From positions 19,629 to 83,628 of the forward strand of contig JAEWLQ010000113.1 in assembly GCA_023457495.1 (NCBI GenBank): 64,000 nt of DNA. The letters are read 5' to 3'. The translations under genes and the position numbers were made by a program. The DNA comes from Pseudomonadota bacterium (GTDB lineage Bacteria; Pseudomonadota; Gammaproteobacteria; Steroidobacterales; Steroidobacteraceae). Shown here one piece after another: positions 27,279 to 37,706 of this stretch (position 1 is the first letter of the stretch; every line of letters starts with the position of its first letter). The notes beneath the pieces are model-generated. The model saw only the letters and a program-made list of their open reading frames with translations, did no database searches and was not told the origin of the DNA.

Positions 27279-29998
27279 GCTTTCTCCGGTTGAGGCTCCG
27301 CCGGTGGCGCGGGCGAAAATCGTCCGATGATCAGCATCAGGACACCGACGCCGATGAACGAGACGATGCGCGCCACCGTGCCGGTGCGCGACAGGTCGAC
27401 CAGGAACATCTTCGCGAGCGCGATGGCGAGCAGCGCCGCGCCCGTGAACCACACCCATCGCTCCGCCCGGCGCGTGCCCAGCACCATCGCCAGCAATGCG
27501 AGCGCACCCCAGAAGATGGACAGCGCCGCCTGCACCAGCGTGGACGCCGCGAGCGCGTCCGGCGTGTACGCGACGCCGGTCACGTGATGGATGACCCGCA
27601 GCAGGATGGCATTCGCCACCGCGAAAGCCGCCAACGCGAAGGCGGCCACGAGGGCGCGACGCGTATGCACGGGCAGCCAGGCGTGCGGCGCGCGCCACTG
27701 GCCGAGCAGCCAACCCGCGATCGCGGCCAGGGCGAAGCCCTGACCGATCTCGACCGGGTTGATCGCCGGTAGATAGGGCAAGGGGCGCGCACTGGCGTCG
27801 TCGAAACACATCGACAGCACCCACAGCCATAGATAGGCGGCCAGGCCGCCGGCGGCGACGCCGACGTACGCCTCCGGATGCGCGTTCACCGGCCAGCGGG
27901 CGCGGCTCCACGGCGTCAGCAGGATCACGAGGGCGGCCGCGGGCACCAGACCGGACACACTGCGATGCCACGCGGCATCTCCCAGCCCCGGCAGCGCGAT
28001 CCACCAGGTCAACTCGCAGGCGATCCACGCGACGAAAAACCACAGCGTCGCGACGTGAAACGCCGGTTCCGCGCCCGACAGTTCCGGGCGATGTTTCCAG
28101 CGCAGCAGCCAGAACCAGGCTCCGAATGCGAACGGCCAGGCTATCCACCCGCCGTCCACGAGGAAATGGCCGTCGTCGAAAACCGCGAGCATGGCGGCGA
28201 TCATCATGACGGGCAGCAGCAGCGGCGTCGGCGTACGCGCCTCGCGCCATTCGTTCCAGCGGGACAACGCGGCGCAGCCGAGTGCGGTCGCCGTGACGAA
28301 CGCCAGCAATGCGGGCAGGCGATGCGGCCCGGGCAGGAACTCGTTGATCTCGCTGGCGCCCGCGAACGTCCACCACGCGAGCGCCCAATAGAACGGCACG
28401 GCCGTCGATGAAGCCAGGGACTGCGGCAACCGCTCGCGGTGCACGTGGGCGATGCGAGCGGTTACGAATCCGCCGACCGCGATCAGCAATGCTCCGACGA
28501 ATTCGCTGTTGGCGAGCGGCAGTTGGTGCGGGGCGACGTCGTGGCCCAACGCGTATGCCACCGCGGCGCCGAGCTGCAGCAACAGGCCCGACCCGATCGC
28601 GAGCGCCCGCCCCTGTCGCACGCCGACCCAGAAAATGGCCGCGCCTTCCAGCGCCCACGTGCCGGCGGTCCAGTGACCGTCGAGCGCCAGCGGCACCGCG
28701 AGCGTCAGGAACGCCACGCCGAGCGCGAGGAAGGATTCGGCGAGCAGGCGCAGCCCCTCACCGGCGCGCCGCCAGGCGAACCGCGCGGCCAGTAGATAGA
28801 TGGCGCCGAGCGCCAGCGCGCTGAACGCCATCGCGTACGGGCGGTCGCGCACCAGCGCGGACTGCAGCAGCATCGTCATCACCGGCGTGCCGAACACCAA
28901 CGTTCCGTCGACGTAGTCCGTGAGCCGCGGCGCCGTGCGCAATGCGAACAACACGGCCACGGCGAGGAACATGAAGAAGAACAGGATCACGAAGGGCTCG
29001 ACCGTCGCGAAATCCTCGGGCGCGTACCGCAACACTCCCCACGCGGTGCCGATGCCATACGTGAACACGAATGCCAGCAAGTTGAGCGGACGCCACGCCT
29101 TGAACCAGGCGATCGAAACGATGCCGGCATTGAGCAGCGCGTAATAACCGAACAACACCACGTGATTGCCCTGGCCCGTCGAGGCCAGCACCGGCGCGAG
29201 GAATCCACCCAGCGCGCCCATCACCGCCAGCGCGAGCGCGTTCTGGCCGATGGCCAGGAACGCCGAGAGCGCGGCAATCGCCACCAGCATCGCGAAGACC
29301 GCGGACGCGGGCAGCAGGTCGTACAGCCGCAAGGCCGCGAAGGCCGTCAGATACAGCAGGCCGACGCCACCGCCCTGCAATGCCAGCGCGTATTGCCGCA
29401 ACCGGTTTCGCAGGCGCCAGCCGATGACGAGCAGTGCCGCACCGCCGAGCGCGGCGCCCGCGAGACGGAATTCGATCGGCAGCATGTTGCGCTCGGCCGC
29501 GAACTTGAGCAGGAAGCCGACGCCGATGAACAGCACCAGCACGCCGACACGCACGACGAGATTGCCGCCGAGGAACCAGTCGCGGATCCACGCGACGAGC
29601 GCGGGTGGCTCGTCGTTCGCCGTGACTCGTGGGCGTGGCGGCGGGAAAGGTCTCAAGGGCTCGGGGTGGGATGCAGCCAACGGCGGAATCGGCGCCGGGG
29701 GTGCGGGGATTGGAGGCGGCTCGACCGCCGGAACCGGCGCGCTCTCGCGCGCTTCGGTGGCGTCGACCCGTTCAGGTATGGGCGCGACGTTCCGCGCGGC
29801 CGGCCTCGCCGGCGCTTGTTCGTCGATCGTGCGGCTGAGCTCGAGCTGACGGACCGTGCTTTCGATCTCGTCGAGCCGCGCGCGCAACTGGATGTTCACG
29901 CTGATGGCGTAACCCAGCGCCACGCCCGCCAGCGCTCCTGCCCAACCACCCATGACGCCACCGACAAAGGCGCCGGCCAGCATCAGCAAGATCTGCAT
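27275..29998 (-). CDS. DUF2339-like giant polytopic membrane protein
   Basis: 907 aa. N-terminal TM, a coiled-coil (RARLDEIESTVRQLELS), a Pro-rich linker, then more than 20 hydrophobic helices. Family name is from memory. Confidence 0.75.
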   Translation of the reverse strand: MQILLMLAGAFVGGVMGGWAGALAGVALGYAISVNIQLRARLDEIESTVRQLELSRTIDEQAPARPAARNVAPIPERVDATEARESAPVPAVEPPPIPAPPAPIPPLAASHPEPLRPFPPPRPRVTANDEPPALVAWIRDWFLGGNLVVRVGVLVLFIGVGFLLKFAAERNMLPIEFRLAGAALGGAALLVIGWRLRNRLRQYALALQGGGVGLLYLTAFAALRLYDLLPASAVFAMLVAIAALSAFLAIGQNALALAVMGALGGFLAPVLASTGQGNHVVLFGYYALLNAGIVSIAWFKAWRPLNLLAFVFTYGIGTAWGVLRYAPEDFATVEPFVILFFFMFLAVAVLFALRTAPRLTDYVDGTLVFGTPVMTMLLQSALVRDRPYAMAFSALALGAIYLLAARFAWRRAGEGLRLLAESFLALGVAFLTLAVPLALDGHWTAGTWALEGAAIFWVGVRQGRALAIGSGLLLQLGAAVAYALGHDVAPHQLPLANSEFVGALLIAVGGFVTARIAHVHRERLPQSLASSTAVPFYWALAWWTFAGASEINEFLPGPHRLPALLAFVTATALGCAALSRWNEWREARTPTPLLLPVMMIAAMLAVFDDGHFLVDGGWIAWPFAFGAWFWLLRWKHRPELSGAEPAFHVATLWFFVAWIACELTWWIALPGLGDAAWHRSVSGLVPAAALVILLTPWSRARWPVNAHPEAYVGVAAGGLAAYLWLWVLSMCFDDASARPLPYLPAINPVEIGQGFALAAIAGWLLGQWRAPHAWLPVHTRRALVAAFALAAFAVANAILLRVIHHVTGVAYTPDALAASTLVQAALSIFWGALALLAMVLGTRRAERWVWFTGAALLAIALAKMFLVDLSRTGTVARIVSFIGVGVLMLIIGRFSPAPPAEPQPEKA

Positions 29999-30053
29999 CG
30001 TCGAGACTCCTGCCGGCCCTCCGCCAGCGGAACCAGAACCGCGAATCAGCGCA

Positions 30054-30935
30054 TCAGCGGCGCGCGAACGAGACCAGCACCTGGGCGTACTCGGCCGCGC
30101 GAGCGGGGTTCAGGATCGGATGATTTCCTTCGAATTTGTGGCCACGCGAATTGCGCGCGCGCTCGAGTGCGCGGTTGTAGGCGGGCGCGAGGATATCGGC
30201 GTCCGACGTCATCACCAGCACGCGCTGCGAGACTTCGCCGAGCCGCGCGAGGATGTCGTGCGTGGGCCGCGTTCCCTTCGCGTCCGCGTCGGCGCCGGAA
30301 GCGATGGCCTCGTAACCGAGCTCCAGGAAATCGCGCGTGTATTCGTAGACGACGGGCAGCGTTTCCGGCGTGAGCTCGAATGACGGGTCCCACTCCTTGA
30401 GCGTCCGCAGCATCACGTCGAAAGGAAAGCTGCGATAGCCACCGTCGTCCGACAGTTTCGGCGAGAGTCCGGAGGTCGGCGTGCTCATCTTGCGCAGCTC
30501 TTCGGGCGCGAGTCCCGGCACTCCGTCGAGTACGGCGCCCGTCACCTGCGCCGGCGAGGCCAGCAGCATCTCGACGGCGATCGAGGCGGAGAACCGCCCG
30601 CCGATCACGGTGTACGGCACCGTGTGGAGCGAGCCGCAGGCTTCGAGAATATCGGCCGCGTATTGCTGGACGGTCCAGTTGCGGTTCTTCTTGTGCGAAC
30701 GGCCGGTGCCCGCGATGTCGAACGCGATCGCGCGGAAACCCGCGCGCGCCAGCTGCGGCATGATGTGCTCATACATGCGGCCGCTGGCCGGCAACCACGG
30801 AAGCAGCACGATGTCCGGTCCCGCGCCGCAGGCGCGGAAGTGCAATTGTCCCGTCAACGTGTCCGCGAAACCGTAACGCATGGGCATCACGGCGCGGTCG
30901 TGCGGCACACCTGTTCGTTCTCTCATCAATCCCAT
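30054..30935 (-). CDS. alpha/beta-hydrolase-fold protein (no canonical GxSxG)
   Basis: 293 aa. Shows an HGG-region-like LLPWLPASG, AFDIAGTGRS and a C-terminal GHKFEGNHP. The nucleophile elbow position reads VIGGRFSAS. Start may be Met17 (30887). Confidence 0.7.
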   Translation of the reverse strand: MGLMRERTGVPHDRAVMPMRYGFADTLTGQLHFRACGAGPDIVLLPWLPASGRMYEHIMPQLARAGFRAIAFDIAGTGRSHKKNRNWTVQQYAADILEACGSLHTVPYTVIGGRFSASIAVEMLLASPAQVTGAVLDGVPGLAPEELRKMSTPTSGLSPKLSDDGGYRSFPFDVMLRTLKEWDPSFELTPETLPVVYEYTRDFLELGYEAIASGADADAKGTRPTHDILARLGEVSQRVLVMTSDADILAPAYNRALERARNSRGHKFEGNHPILNPARAAEYAQVLVSFARR

Positions 30936-30994
30936 CCCGTGTTCTCGACCCGGCTCAGCCGGGGCGCCAAGTGTAACCGTCTTATGGAAAGTGT

Positions 30995-31810
30995 CTAAAG
31001 ATCGATCGTTTCGACTTCGCGGACGCCGATCGATGAGCCGAGGAAACGCGCACCGACCCGCGCGAAGCGTTCCGGGCTGTCCGTCGCCATGAGTTTAATG
31101 GCGCCGGAATGCTCCGCGCCGCGCAGCAGGCCACCCTGCGCCAGCAGTTCCCTGCTCGCCCGTGCCGTGGTGGCCGCCGAGTCGACCACGCGGCGGGTCG
31201 CCCCGAGCTCGGCCGCGATGGCGCCGGACAGCAGCGGAAAATGCGTGCAGCCGAGCACCACCGTGTCCACCCGCGCATCGAGGTGCGCCAGGTAACGGGC
31301 GGTGACCGACTCGACCGCGACGCCCTCGCTCCAGCCCTCCTCGGCCAGCGCGACGAAGATCTGGCAGGCGATCTGTGTGACCACGGCATCGGCGCGCACC
31401 GCGCGGATCGCGCGTTCGTACGCGCCGCCCTTCACCGTGCCCTCCGTCGCCAGCACCGCGATGCGGCCGCTCGCGGAGACTTCACAGGCGGCCCGCGCGC
31501 CCGGCTCGATCACGCCGATGACCGGCATGTCCGGGAAGCGCTCGCGCAGGCTGGGCAAGGCGCTCGCGGAGGCGGTGTTGCAGGCGACGACCAGCGCCTT
31601 GATTCCGCGGCTCGCGAGAGCTTCCGCGGCCCGTACTGAATAACGCGCCACGGTCTGCGGACTCTTGGTGCCGTACGGCAGGCGCGCGGTGTCGCCGAGA
31701 TACACGAAATCCTCATGCGGCAAATCGGCGATGAGCGCGCGCAGCACCGTCAGGCCGCCGACCCCCGAATCGAAAACTCCGATCGGCGCGTCGCTGCGCG
31801 GCTCGCTCAC
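30995..31810 (-). CDS. murI: glutamate racemase MurI
   Basis: [21 protein letters not shown] and [10 protein letters not shown] motifs. Confidence 0.95.
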   Translation of the reverse strand: MSEPRSDAPIGVFDSGVGGLTVLRALIADLPHEDFVYLGDTARLPYGTKSPQTVARYSVRAAEALASRGIKALVVACNTASASALPSLRERFPDMPVIGVIEPGARAACEVSASGRIAVLATEGTVKGGAYERAIRAVRADAVVTQIACQIFVALAEEGWSEGVAVESVTARYLAHLDARVDTVVLGCTHFPLLSGAIAAELGATRRVVDSAATTARASRELLAQGGLLRGAEHSGAIKLMATDSPERFARVGARFLGSSIGVREVETIDL

Positions 31811-33339
31811 GGCGTATGCGATTCCGGACGCATGTGCGGGAACAGCAACACGTCGCGAATCGACGGCGCGTCGGTGAAGAACATCACCAGGCGATCGATG
31901 CCCACGCCGAGTCCGGCGGTCGGGGGCATGCCGTATTCGAGCGCGCGCACGAAGTCCGCGTCGTAGTACATCGCTTCGTCGTCACCGGCTTCCTTGCGCT
32001 CGACCTGCGCGCGGAAACGCGCCGCCTGGTCCTCGGCGTCGTTGAGCTCGGAGAAACCATTCGCGATCTCGCGGCCCGCGACGAAGAACTCGAAACGATC
32101 CGTGAGGAACGGATCCGCGTCGTTCGCGCGTGCCAGCGGACTCACCTCGGCGGGATACGCGTACACGAATGTCGGATCCATGAACGTGTGTTCGGCGTTC
32201 TTCTCGAAGATCTCGATCTGCAGTTTGCCCGCGCCGTCGTGCGGCTTGAACGGAATGCCCTGCTGCGTGCACAGCTCGCGTAGATAGGCGACGTCGCGCG
32301 CGCGGCTCATGTCGAAGCCCGGCGTATGCTCGGCGACCGCATCGATCACCGAAATCCGCCGGAACGGTTTGTCGAGGTCATATTCGCGGCCCTGGTAGCT
32401 GAACTGCCGCTTGCCGAGCACGACGTCCGCGAGTCCCTGCATCGCGCGCTCGACCATCACGATCAGGTCGTTGTAGTCGGCGTACGCGACGTACAGCTCG
32501 AGCATCGTGAATTCCGGGTTGTGCCGCGTCGACACCCCCTCGTTGCGGAAATTCCGGTTGATCTCGTACACGCGCTCGAAGCCGCCGACCGTGAGGCGCT
32601 TGAGATACAGCTCCGGCGCGATGCGCAGGTACATGTCCATGTCGAGCGCGTTGTGATGCGTCTTGAACGGCCGCGCGGCCGCGCCGCCCGGGATCGACTG
32701 CAGCATCGGCGTCTCGACTTCGAGGAAATCCATCGAGTCGAGGAAATCGCGCAAGTACCGGATGATCCGGTTGCGTGCGACGAAGGTTTGCCGGCTCTGC
32801 TCGTTGACGATCAGGTCCACGTAGCGCTGCCGATAACGCGTGTCGACGTCCGACATGCCGTGCCACTTGTCGGGCAGCGGGCGCAGCGACTTGGTCAGCA
32901 GGCGCAACTCCTCGACACGCACCGACAGCTCGCCGGTCTTCGTCTTGAACAACGTGCCCGTCGCCGCGAGGATGTCGCCCACGTCGTATTTCTTGAACGC
33001 CTCGTAGGCGTCACCGAGCGCGTCGCGCTGCAGGAAGATCTGGATCTGCCCCGTGCGGTCCTGCAGCTTGGCGAAACTCGCCTTGCCCATGATGCGCTGG
33101 AACATCATGCGGCCGGCGACGTGCAGCTTCACCGGTGGGTTGGCGTCGAACCACTCCGCCGGCTTGTCGCCGTATTCGGTCTGCAGCAACGAGGCCAGCA
33201 CGTCGCGCCGGTAGTCGTTCGGGAACGCGGGCTGACCCGCGGCCCGGGCCGCTTCGCGCACGGCGGCGAGTTTCGCCCGGCGCTCCGCGATCAACTTGTT
33301 TTCGTCGGCCTTGTTCTGATCAACCGGTGCGTCGCTCAC
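31807..33339 (-). CDS. lysS: lysine--tRNA ligase (class II)
   Basis: Track ORF 31807..33615 trimmed to in-frame GTG (residue 93), which forms a GTGA overlap with the prfB stop. 510 aa. Class II motifs [18 protein letters not shown] and [12 protein letters not shown]. Confidence 0.95.
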   Translation of the reverse strand: MSDAPVDQNKADENKLIAERRAKLAAVREAARAAGQPAFPNDYRRDVLASLLQTEYGDKPAEWFDANPPVKLHVAGRMMFQRIMGKASFAKLQDRTGQIQIFLQRDALGDAYEAFKKYDVGDILAATGTLFKTKTGELSVRVEELRLLTKSLRPLPDKWHGMSDVDTRYRQRYVDLIVNEQSRQTFVARNRIIRYLRDFLDSMDFLEVETPMLQSIPGGAAARPFKTHHNALDMDMYLRIAPELYLKRLTVGGFERVYEINRNFRNEGVSTRHNPEFTMLELYVAYADYNDLIVMVERAMQGLADVVLGKRQFSYQGREYDLDKPFRRISVIDAVAEHTPGFDMSRARDVAYLRELCTQQGIPFKPHDGAGKLQIEIFEKNAEHTFMDPTFVYAYPAEVSPLARANDADPFLTDRFEFFVAGREIANGFSELNDAEDQAARFRAQVERKEAGDDEAMYYDADFVRALEYGMPPTAGLGVGIDRLVMFFTDAPSIRDVLLFPHMRPESHTP

Positions 33340-34437
33340 AGTCCCGCCTTGAGTGAAGCTTCCATGAATGGATCGAGGTGCCCATCGAGCACCTTGTTGG
33401 TGTCGCCGATCTCGACGTCGGTGCGCAGGTCCTTGATGCGCGACTGATCGAGCACGTAGGAGCGGATCTGGTTGCCCCAGCTCACGTCCGACTTCGAATC
33501 CTCGAGCACCTTCGCCGCGGCGTTGCGCTTGTTGAATTCCAGCTCGTACAACTTCGCCTTCAGCATCTTCATCGCGGTCGCGCGATTCTTGTGCTGGCTG
33601 CGTTCGTTCTGGCACGCCACCACGATGCCGGTAGGTCCGTGCGTGAGTCGCACCGCCGATTCGGTCTTGTTGACGTGCTGTCCGCCGGCGCCGCTCGAGC
33701 GATAGACGTCCATCTTGATGTCGGCCGGATTCAGGTCGACCTTGATGTCATCGTCCACTTCCGGTGACACGAAGACCGACGCAAACGACGTGTGCCGCCG
33801 ATTGCCCGAATCGAACGGCGACTTGCGCACCAGGCGATGCACGCCCGTTTCGGTGCGCAACCAGCCATAGGCGTATTCACCCTTGATCTCGACGGTGGCG
33901 CTCTTCATGCCCGCGACTTCACCCGCGTTCGAATCGATGACTTCCGCGTCGAAGCCGCGCGCCGCGGCCCACTTGAGATACATGCGCAGCAGCATCTGCG
34001 CCCAGTCCTGCGCCTCGGTGCCGCCGGCGCCGGCCTGGATGTCGACGAAGGCGTTGTGCGAGTCCATCTCGCCGCGGAACATGCGCTTGAATTCGAGCTT
34101 GCGCACCTCGGCCTCGAGCTTGCCGGCGTCGCCTTCGATCTCCCGCGCCATGCCGGCATCGTTCTCGCCTTCGGCGAGCTCCAGTAGTTCGACCGCGCTG
34201 CTGATGCCGCCGGTGGCCTTGTCCATGTCGGTGAGCTCGGCCGTGAGGCGCGCGCGTTCCTTGCCCAGCTCCTGCGCCTTTTCGGGCTTCTGCCAGACGG
34301 CCGGGTCTTCGAGCTCGCGGCTTACTTCTTCGAGACGTTCTTTCTTCTGGTCGTACTCAAAGAAACCCCCTCAAGGAGATCATGCGCTCCTCCAGGTCTT
34401 TGAGCTGACGCTTCAGCTGGCCAAGTTCCAACGCCAA
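33336..34437 (-). CDS. prfB: peptide chain release factor 2 (two frames joined by programmed +1 frameshift)
   Basis: Track ORF 33336..34226 carries the SPF and GGQ ([17 protein letters not shown]) motifs. Upstream, frame 0 reads (TTG)[28 protein letters not shown], and +1 continues [23 protein letters not shown]... Total about 366 aa. Confidence 0.93.
34357..34371 (-). other. prfB +1 frameshift site (internal SD-like AGGGGG + CUU UGA G)
   Basis: The minus strand reads AGG GGG TTT CTT TGA G. The E. coli site is AGG GGG TAT CTT TGA C. Confidence 0.9.
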
Positions 34438-34476
34438 GGGATACCCCTGTTCGTGACATCAAATGGGGCGCGAATC

Positions 34477-34956
34477 CTACCTGAGCGCGCGTTCCATGAA
34501 TATCGACAAAGGGTCGGGCCGATAAGGCGGAAACGCCGGAATTTCCTTGAACCCCGCGCGCCGATAGAGCTTGAGCGCGCCCACGCTGACGTTGCCCGTC
34601 TCCAGCCGCGCGAGCGGCAGCCCTTCCGCGCGCGCCCAGTCGAGCAGCCTGACGAGCATTGCGAGCGCGATCCCGCCGCCGCGCGCCTTCGGCTTGAGGT
34701 ACATGCGCTTGAGCTCAGCCCAGTTGCCGCAGTTCTTCGCCGCGCCGCAGCCGACCAGCTCTCCATCCTGCTCCACGACGAGAAAGATGCTGCGCGTGCC
34801 GGCCAGTGCCTCCGGTGGATCGAAGTGATTGCTCTCGGCCGGATAAAGCGATGAGTTGAACGCGTCGAGCTCGGCGATCAGGGCGCGTACCGCCGGATCG
34901 AGCGGATTGCCCGGCCGGATGGAGTAGCTAGTTGTCTTGGCCGGGATCGAGTTCAT
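34477..34956 (-). CDS. GNAT family N-acetyltransferase
   Basis: 159 aa. Acetyl-CoA motif A region RGGGIALAML and the GNAT beta-alpha pattern. 4-nt overlap with the recJ stop. Confidence 0.85.
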   Translation of the reverse strand: MNSIPAKTTSYSIRPGNPLDPAVRALIAELDAFNSSLYPAESNHFDPPEALAGTRSIFLVVEQDGELVGCGAAKNCGNWAELKRMYLKPKARGGGIALAMLVRLLDWARAEGLPLARLETGNVSVGALKLYRRAGFKEIPAFPPYRPDPLSIFMERALR

Positions 34957-36665
34957 GGCAGCACGTGATCGACCAGCAGCTGCAGACGGCGCTCGCCTCG
35001 ATATTCGTTGATGTCGAGCCGATACACCAGACGCACTTCGCCATCGGGCAGTTTCGGCGACTCCTCGGATCCTTTGAAATTGAAGGCGATCGCGTCGAAG
35101 TTGCGCGCCTGGTCATGCGTCGACACCCACATCTTGAGGTGCTTTTCGCCCACCACGCGGGCGTTGCGCACCGCGAAACGTCCGTCGAAACAGGGCTCCG
35201 GGAACGCCTGACCCCAAGGTCCCCCGTCGCGCAGCGCCTGCGCGGTCTCGAGCGCGATTTCGTCGTTCGCGAGCTCGCCGTCGGTTTCCACCCGATTGGA
35301 AGGGATCGACGGATCGCGCCAGGTGGCCACCTCGGCGTCGAAGGCGCGCGCGAAGGCATCGAGATGACATTCCTCGAGCGTCAGCCCCGCCGCCATGGCA
35401 TGCCCGCCGAAGCGGCTGATGAGCTCCGGGCTGCGCGCCGCGATGGTGTCGAGCACGTCGCGGATGTGGATCCCCGGCACCGAGCGCGCGGATCCCCGCA
35501 GGGTGCCGTCGCCCGCGCGCGCGAACGCGATGACCGGACGGCGCACACGATCCTTGATGCGGCTCGCCACGAGCCCGACCACACCCTGGTGCCAGTCCGC
35601 ATCGAACAGGCACACACCGTGACGCGATGCGGCGCCCTCGCCCGGCTCGCGCAGCGCGCGCACCGCCGCCAGCGCCGCGCCCTGCATGCGCGTTTCGATC
35701 TCGCGGCGCTCCGTGTTGAGTTGATCCAGTCGCGTGGCGAGGGCCAAGGCTTCGGGTTCCGAATCGGTGAGCAGGCAGCGGATGCCGATCGACATGTCGT
35801 CGAGCCGCCCGGCCGCGTTGAGGCGCGGGCCGATCGAAAAGCCCAGGTCCGCCGCGGTCAGGTCGGCGAAGCCACGATTGCTGATCGACAGCAGCGCGCG
35901 GATGCCCGGAACCGAGCGCCCGGCGCGGATGCGGCGGATGCCCTGCGAGACCAGCACGCGATTGTTGACGTCCAGCGGCACCAGATCCGCGACCGTGCCC
36001 AGGGCGACGAGGTCGAGGAATTCGGTCACGGGCGGCTGCGCGTCGAGGCCGCGCGACTCGAGGTCGCGCCGCAGCGCGGCCATCACGTAGAACGCGACGC
36101 CGACGCCCGCCAGCGCGCGGCTGCGGAACTGGCTGCCCGGCACGTTCGGATTGACGATGACGTCGGCATCCGGGAGCTGCGCCCCCGGCAGATGATGATC
36201 CGTGATCAGCACCTGGATGCCGCGCGCCCGCGCGGCCGCGACGCCGGCGTTGCTCGAAATGCCGTTGTCGACGGTCACGATGAGCGTCGGCGCCCGCTCG
36301 GCGGCCAGCGCCACGATCTCCGGCGTGAGCCCGTAACCGTATTCGAAGCGGTTCGGCACGAGGAAGTCGACCGACGCGAATCCCCACGCGCGCAGGCAGC
36401 GCATGATGAGCGCGGTGCTCGTGGCGCCGTCCGCGTCGAAGTCGCCGACGACGAGAATGCGTCGTTCCCGGTGTTCGAGGATCAACCGCACCGCCGCTTC
36501 CACACTCTCGAGCGAACCAACCGGGATGAGCCGATCGAGACCGAGCAGAAGATCGTTGCTGTCACGCACGCCGCGGGCCGCGTACGCACGCCGCAGGACC
36601 GGATGCAGCCGGGAGTCGAGAAGTTCGTTGCCGGCGCACACGCGGCGTTCGATGACCAGTTCCAT
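34953..36665 (-). CDS. recJ: single-stranded-DNA-specific exonuclease RecJ
   Basis: Trimmed to Met65 (MELVIERRV...). DHH motifs VVGDFDADGATS and ITDHH, plus a DHHA1 region. Confidence 0.95.
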   Translation of the reverse strand: MELVIERRVCAGNELLDSRLHPVLRRAYAARGVRDSNDLLLGLDRLIPVGSLESVEAAVRLILEHRERRILVVGDFDADGATSTALIMRCLRAWGFASVDFLVPNRFEYGYGLTPEIVALAAERAPTLIVTVDNGISSNAGVAAARARGIQVLITDHHLPGAQLPDADVIVNPNVPGSQFRSRALAGVGVAFYVMAALRRDLESRGLDAQPPVTEFLDLVALGTVADLVPLDVNNRVLVSQGIRRIRAGRSVPGIRALLSISNRGFADLTAADLGFSIGPRLNAAGRLDDMSIGIRCLLTDSEPEALALATRLDQLNTERREIETRMQGAALAAVRALREPGEGAASRHGVCLFDADWHQGVVGLVASRIKDRVRRPVIAFARAGDGTLRGSARSVPGIHIRDVLDTIAARSPELISRFGGHAMAAGLTLEECHLDAFARAFDAEVATWRDPSIPSNRVETDGELANDEIALETAQALRDGGPWGQAFPEPCFDGRFAVRNARVVGEKHLKMWVSTHDQARNFDAIAFNFKGSEESPKLPDGEVRLVYRLDINEYRGERRLQLLVDHVLP

Positions 36666-36675
36666 TCGCGGCCGA

Positions 36676-37686
36676 TTATGCCTTCGACGCGGGCCGTCGA
36701 TTGAGCGAGTCGAGCCAGCCGCGTCGCTTGCTCCACCAGCGCCAACCGGCGCGCGCGCCGATCCGGAACCAGCGATCGTTGACGACGATGTCGACCGAGA
36801 CGAGATTTCCTTCCGACAGGGCGGCCCGCGCCGGGAGGAACCAGTTCGCCTCGGCATCGGCGAGCGAATGCCGCGGGTCGGTCATCGGGGAAAGCTCGAC
36901 GATGTGATGGTCCACCGCCGGATCGAGCGCGGCGAATTGCAGCGGCGGATCGCTGGACATCGCCCGCGTGGCGCGCGCGAGCCCCGCGAACCAGACGTCT
37001 CCGCCGTGGAGCATGAACGAGGCCGGCGGCGTCACCACGGCCAGCGCCAATGCGCCGGGCCTGCCACCCCAGAACCAGAACGCCGAGATGCGCGGGTGAC
37101 CGGCCCGGTGTCGCTCCTCGTTGAGCGGGGTCGCGTGCAGCCACATCTCGAGCTCCGCGCCGAGGCGTCGCAGTCCACCGGCGTTCGCGCCGCGAGGCAG
37201 CGACGGCGCCACGTCCGAATCCAGGAGCCGCGCGGGATCGACTGTCTGCGCGTCGGTCCCTTCGAGTCCGGTCAGCAGGAACCCCCGCTCACCGGCGGGA
37301 TGCAGCTTCACCTCCGGCCCGAACTCGCGCGCGAAGGCCTCGCTCCAGCGACGACCTTCATCGGCTCCGACGCGCAGCAATCCGCGATCCACGAGACGTA
37401 CGTGATCGAGACGAGCCTCGAGATGCACCGGCGTCGCGATCCACGCGTCGGCCGTGAATCCGGGCTCGACGAACGCACGCGCCGCCAGCCGCGCGAGTGG
37501 CTCCTGCGCGAGCGCGGCCTGTCCGATCTGCGCCGCCAGCCATGCGCGCCAATCGGGACAAGACACCGGCGGGCGCGCGAAGCGCAGCAGCCAGGCGAGC
37601 CCCGGAAGGTCAATCGCTGTCGGAATGACGGACGCAGCCTCTTCCGGCACGTACAGGTCGGAAAGGATCAACGTGAGGCGGCGCAT
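36676..37686 (-). CDS. conserved hypothetical protein, possibly RpfE-type (phosphoglycerate-mutase-like annotation in databases)
   Basis: 336 aa soluble protein directly upstream of recJ. I recall an rpfE gene next to recJ in Xanthomonas. No motif could be verified. Confidence 0.4.
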   Translation of the reverse strand: MRRLTLILSDLYVPEEAASVIPTAIDLPGLAWLLRFARPPVSCPDWRAWLAAQIGQAALAQEPLARLAARAFVEPGFTADAWIATPVHLEARLDHVRLVDRGLLRVGADEGRRWSEAFAREFGPEVKLHPAGERGFLLTGLEGTDAQTVDPARLLDSDVAPSLPRGANAGGLRRLGAELEMWLHATPLNEERHRAGHPRISAFWFWGGRPGALALAVVTPPASFMLHGGDVWFAGLARATRAMSSDPPLQFAALDPAVDHHIVELSPMTDPRHSLADAEANWFLPARAALSEGNLVSVDIVVNDRWFRIGARAGWRWWSKRRGWLDSLNRRPASKA

Positions 37687-37706
37687 GCCGGTATCGTAGC
37701 GGACCG

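Noticed and set aside
25905-28658. 917-aa ORF read as one protein
   Set aside because: The N-terminal 460 codons are Arg/Gly/Ala junk overlapping the DUF2339-like gene in another frame. A clean signal peptide begins at the internal Met at 27278, which also forms an ATGA junction with the upstream stop.
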